A stretch of 64,000 bases of DNA from an uncultured Acidobacteriota bacterium (GTDB lineage: Bacteria; Acidobacteriota; Thermoanaerobaculia; UBA5066; Gp7-AA6), in assembly GCA_963805495.1 (NCBI GenBank), contig CAWDUQ010000002.1, positions 1,453,828 through 1,517,827 of the forward strand, written 5' to 3'. The position numbers were made by a program, and so were the translations under genes. Under the pieces are notes generated by a model. That model searched no databases. It was given only the letters and a program-made list of their open reading frames with translations, and was not told the DNA's origin. Of this stretch, positions 62,181 to 64,000 are shown piece by piece (the first letter of the stretch is position 1; every line of letters begins with the position of its first letter).

Positions 62181-63329
62181 TCACCGTCCCGCCAGCACGT
62201 TCTTGGCGATCACCATGCGCTGAATTTCGCTCGTTCCCTCGTAGATCGTCGTGACCCGGGCGTCCCGATAGTAACGCTCGACGGCGTACTCCTTCGAATA
62301 GCCATAGCCGCCGAAGATCTGGACGGCGCGGTTGGCGATCGCGTTGGCGGCTTCCGTCGCGTAGACCTTGGCCATCGACGATTCCTTGGAGAACCGTGCT
62401 CCGGGAATCTCGGACCGCAGCGCGGCCCGGTAGGTCAGCACGCGGGCCGCCTCGAGCTGGACGCGCATGTCGGCCACCTGGAACGCGATGGCCTCGTGCT
62501 CCGCGAGCTTCGCGCCGAAGGTCTCGCGCGTGCGCGCATACTCCGTCGCCGCCTCGTACGCCGCCTGCCCGATGCCGATCCCCTGGGCCGCGATGCCGAT
62601 GCGCGAGTGGTCGAGGGTCGTCATTGCGATCGTGAAGCCCTCCCCTTCCGACCCCAGACGCCGTTCCTCGGGCACGCGAACGTCCTCGAGGAAGATCGAG
62701 GCGGTCCGGGACGCCCGCAGGCCCATCTTGTCTTCGGGCGCGCCGACCCGCACGCCCTCGTCGTCCGACGAAACGAGAAAGGCCGTGATGCCGCGGGTGC
62801 CCGCCGAGGGATCGGTCATCGCCATGACGACGTACCACTTCGCCTCTCCGGCGTTGGTGATCCAGGCCTTGGTCCCGTTCAAAACGTAGGAGGCGCCGTC
62901 GCGCACGGCCCGCGTCTTCTGGTTGGCCGCGTCGGAGCCCGACTGCGGCTCCGTCAGGGCGTACGCCCCGAGGGCGCGACCGGACGCGAGCTCCTTGAGG
63001 ATCGTCGACTTCTGCCGCTCGCTCCCGAACTTCCACACGGGGTAGCAGGCGACCGAGTTGTTGACCGACACGATGACGGCCGTCGACGCGCAGACCCGCG
63101 CAAGCTCCTCGACGGCGAGGATGTAGGACAGCGCGTCGGCGCCCGCGCCTCCGTAGGTCTCGGGCACCATCATTCCGAGAATGCCCATCTCGCCGAGCCG
63201 GGCGAGGATCTCGCGGGGGAAGGTCTCGTTTTTCTCGCGCTCGGCCACACCCGGAGCGATCTCGGCCGACGCGAACTCCCGCACGGCGTCGCGGATCCGG
63301 ACCTGGTCCTCCGTCAGATCGAAGTTCAT
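62181..63329 (-). CDS. Acyl-CoA dehydrogenase (short/branched-chain type).
   Basis: MNFDLTEDQ..., GGAGADALSYILAVEELA and the C-terminal QIFGGYGY...YYRDARVTTIYEGTSEIQ catalytic-base region. Confidence 0.9.
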   Translation of the reverse strand: MNFDLTEDQVRIRDAVREFASAEIAPGVAEREKNETFPREILARLGEMGILGMMVPETYGGAGADALSYILAVEELARVCASTAVIVSVNNSVACYPVWKFGSERQKSTILKELASGRALGAYALTEPQSGSDAANQKTRAVRDGASYVLNGTKAWITNAGEAKWYVVMAMTDPSAGTRGITAFLVSSDDEGVRVGAPEDKMGLRASRTASIFLEDVRVPEERRLGSEGEGFTIAMTTLDHSRIGIAAQGIGIGQAAYEAATEYARTRETFGAKLAEHEAIAFQVADMRVQLEAARVLTYRAALRSEIPGARFSKESSMAKVYATEAANAIANRAVQIFGGYGYSKEYAVERYYRDARVTTIYEGTSEIQRMVIAKNVLAGR

Positions 63330-64000
63330 TCCGGCCGGCCCGGCGCTCCCGCGCCCGCGGGAGACGGTCCGCCCGCTCCGCCGCCCGGACCGCCCCGCCC
63401 GCCGCGGCGGCGGCGCCGGACCCGGCGGCGGCGCTTGCCTCCCGCGCCTTCACCCTGGGCCGCGGCGCCCCCGGCCGGGGAGCCTCCGCCGGCGGCCGGC
63501 AACGGACCCTCGGGCCGTGGCGGTCTCCGGCCGGCCGGGGCTCGGGGCGGTGGCGGCGGACGCTGCGGGCCGCCCGGCGGCCGTGGCGACGGCTGGGGAC
63601 GTCGTCCCGACGGGCCTCTCGCCGGCGAGCCTGGACGCCGCTCGGCGCCACCGCGCTCGGGCCCCCGCCCTCCCCGCCCGCCGCGCCGGCGGCGGCGCCC
63701 GCCGCCTTCGCGCCGTGGCTCGGGCGTATCGACCCAGCCCTCCTCGAGATGCCGGAATGTCACGACGATCTCCGGCCGCTCAGCGCGGCTGCGGATGAAG
63801 TCGACGATCTTTCGCCGCAGCTGAGCCGCCGGATCTCCCGTCAACGTCGGGATGCGCTCGGCGTCGAAGAGCACCATGCGCGTCCACGCGATGCGCCGCG
63901 TCGCGCCGTCCGCGGCCTGGAAGTCCATGACGAAAAGATCGCGCTCGTGGTCGAGCGCGTGGTCCCGGTACTCGTAGTCCGGCAACGCTTCGTTGCAGAG
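63326..64000 (-). CDS. Protein with a structured N-terminal domain (partial; continues beyond the window) and a ~125-aa Arg/Gly/Pro-rich (RGG-type) C-terminal tail.
   Basis: The stop overlaps the acyl-CoA dehydrogenase ATG (ATGA). The domain DYEYRDHALDHERDLFVMDFQA...IVVTFRHLEEGWVDT is followed by GGGRRRRRGGRGGRG...PPPPPRAPAGRRPPRP...GGRGGPGGG. Confidence 0.5.
   Translation of the reverse strand, partial: LCNEALPDYEYRDHALDHERDLFVMDFQAADGATRRIAWTRMVLFDAERIPTLTGDPAAQLRRKIVDFIRSRAERPEIVVTFRHLEEGWVDTPEPRREGGGRRRRRGGRGGRGPERGGAERRPGSPARGPSGRRPQPSPRPPGGPQRPPPPPRAPAGRRPPRPEGPLPAAGGGSPAGGAAAQGEGAGGKRRRRVRRRRRGGRGGPGGGAGGPSPAGAGAPGRPE

Overview
High-GC (~68-70%) bacterial chromosomal segment with Gram-negative-type features (lipoproteins, Tat/Sec signals, System I cytochrome c maturation, MFP/ABC efflux). 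It is densely packed with about 65 genes. From 5' to 3': (i) The 3' end of a very large RHS/YD-repeat polymorphic toxin, open from the window start. It has an RHS core (DPDGR) followed by a lipase-like alpha/beta-hydrolase toxin tip (GHSHG), then a 3-TM putative immunity gene and a PD40-like gene. This tip region has clearly lower GC (~55%). (ii) A HupE/UreJ-like gene, then a minus-strand operon recO-glyQ-glyS-ppdK-amidohydrolase. (iii) An MFS transporter, a small zinc-ribbon gene coupled to a futalosine-pathway radical SAM gene (MqnC/MqnE-like), and a lipoprotein. (iv) sdhCAB-fumC-mgtC. (v) A TlpA-like thioredoxin that is in-frame with the upstream secreted protein across a single TGA followed by a SECIS-like hairpin, which makes it a candidate selenoprotein. 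(vi) A run of minus-strand secreted hydrolases: HExxH protease-like, SGNH, CocE/NonD, NTF2-like, ATL, DUF1697 and BNR propeller. (vii) argF. (viii) An aa3-type cytochrome c oxidase cluster (ctaA-ctaB-micro-ORF-coxIV-coxIII-DUF420-CPLC peptide, preceded by coxI/coxII and a cupredoxin lipoprotein). It is divergent from ccmABC-(unannotated ccmD)-ccmE-ccmF, whose CcmE has a Cys-type heme-binding motif. (ix) An MBL hydrolase and a MacAB-like efflux operon. (x) Two tandem secreted paralogs, then lpdA, a LivK-like SBP, a convergent pair of small paralogs, an acyl-CoA dehydrogenase and a protein with an RGG/Pro-rich tail. No rRNA, tRNA or CRISPR was recognised. Start/stop overlaps of the form ATGA/GTGA recur throughout. 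A GC-rich palindromic REP-like element occurs at least twice.
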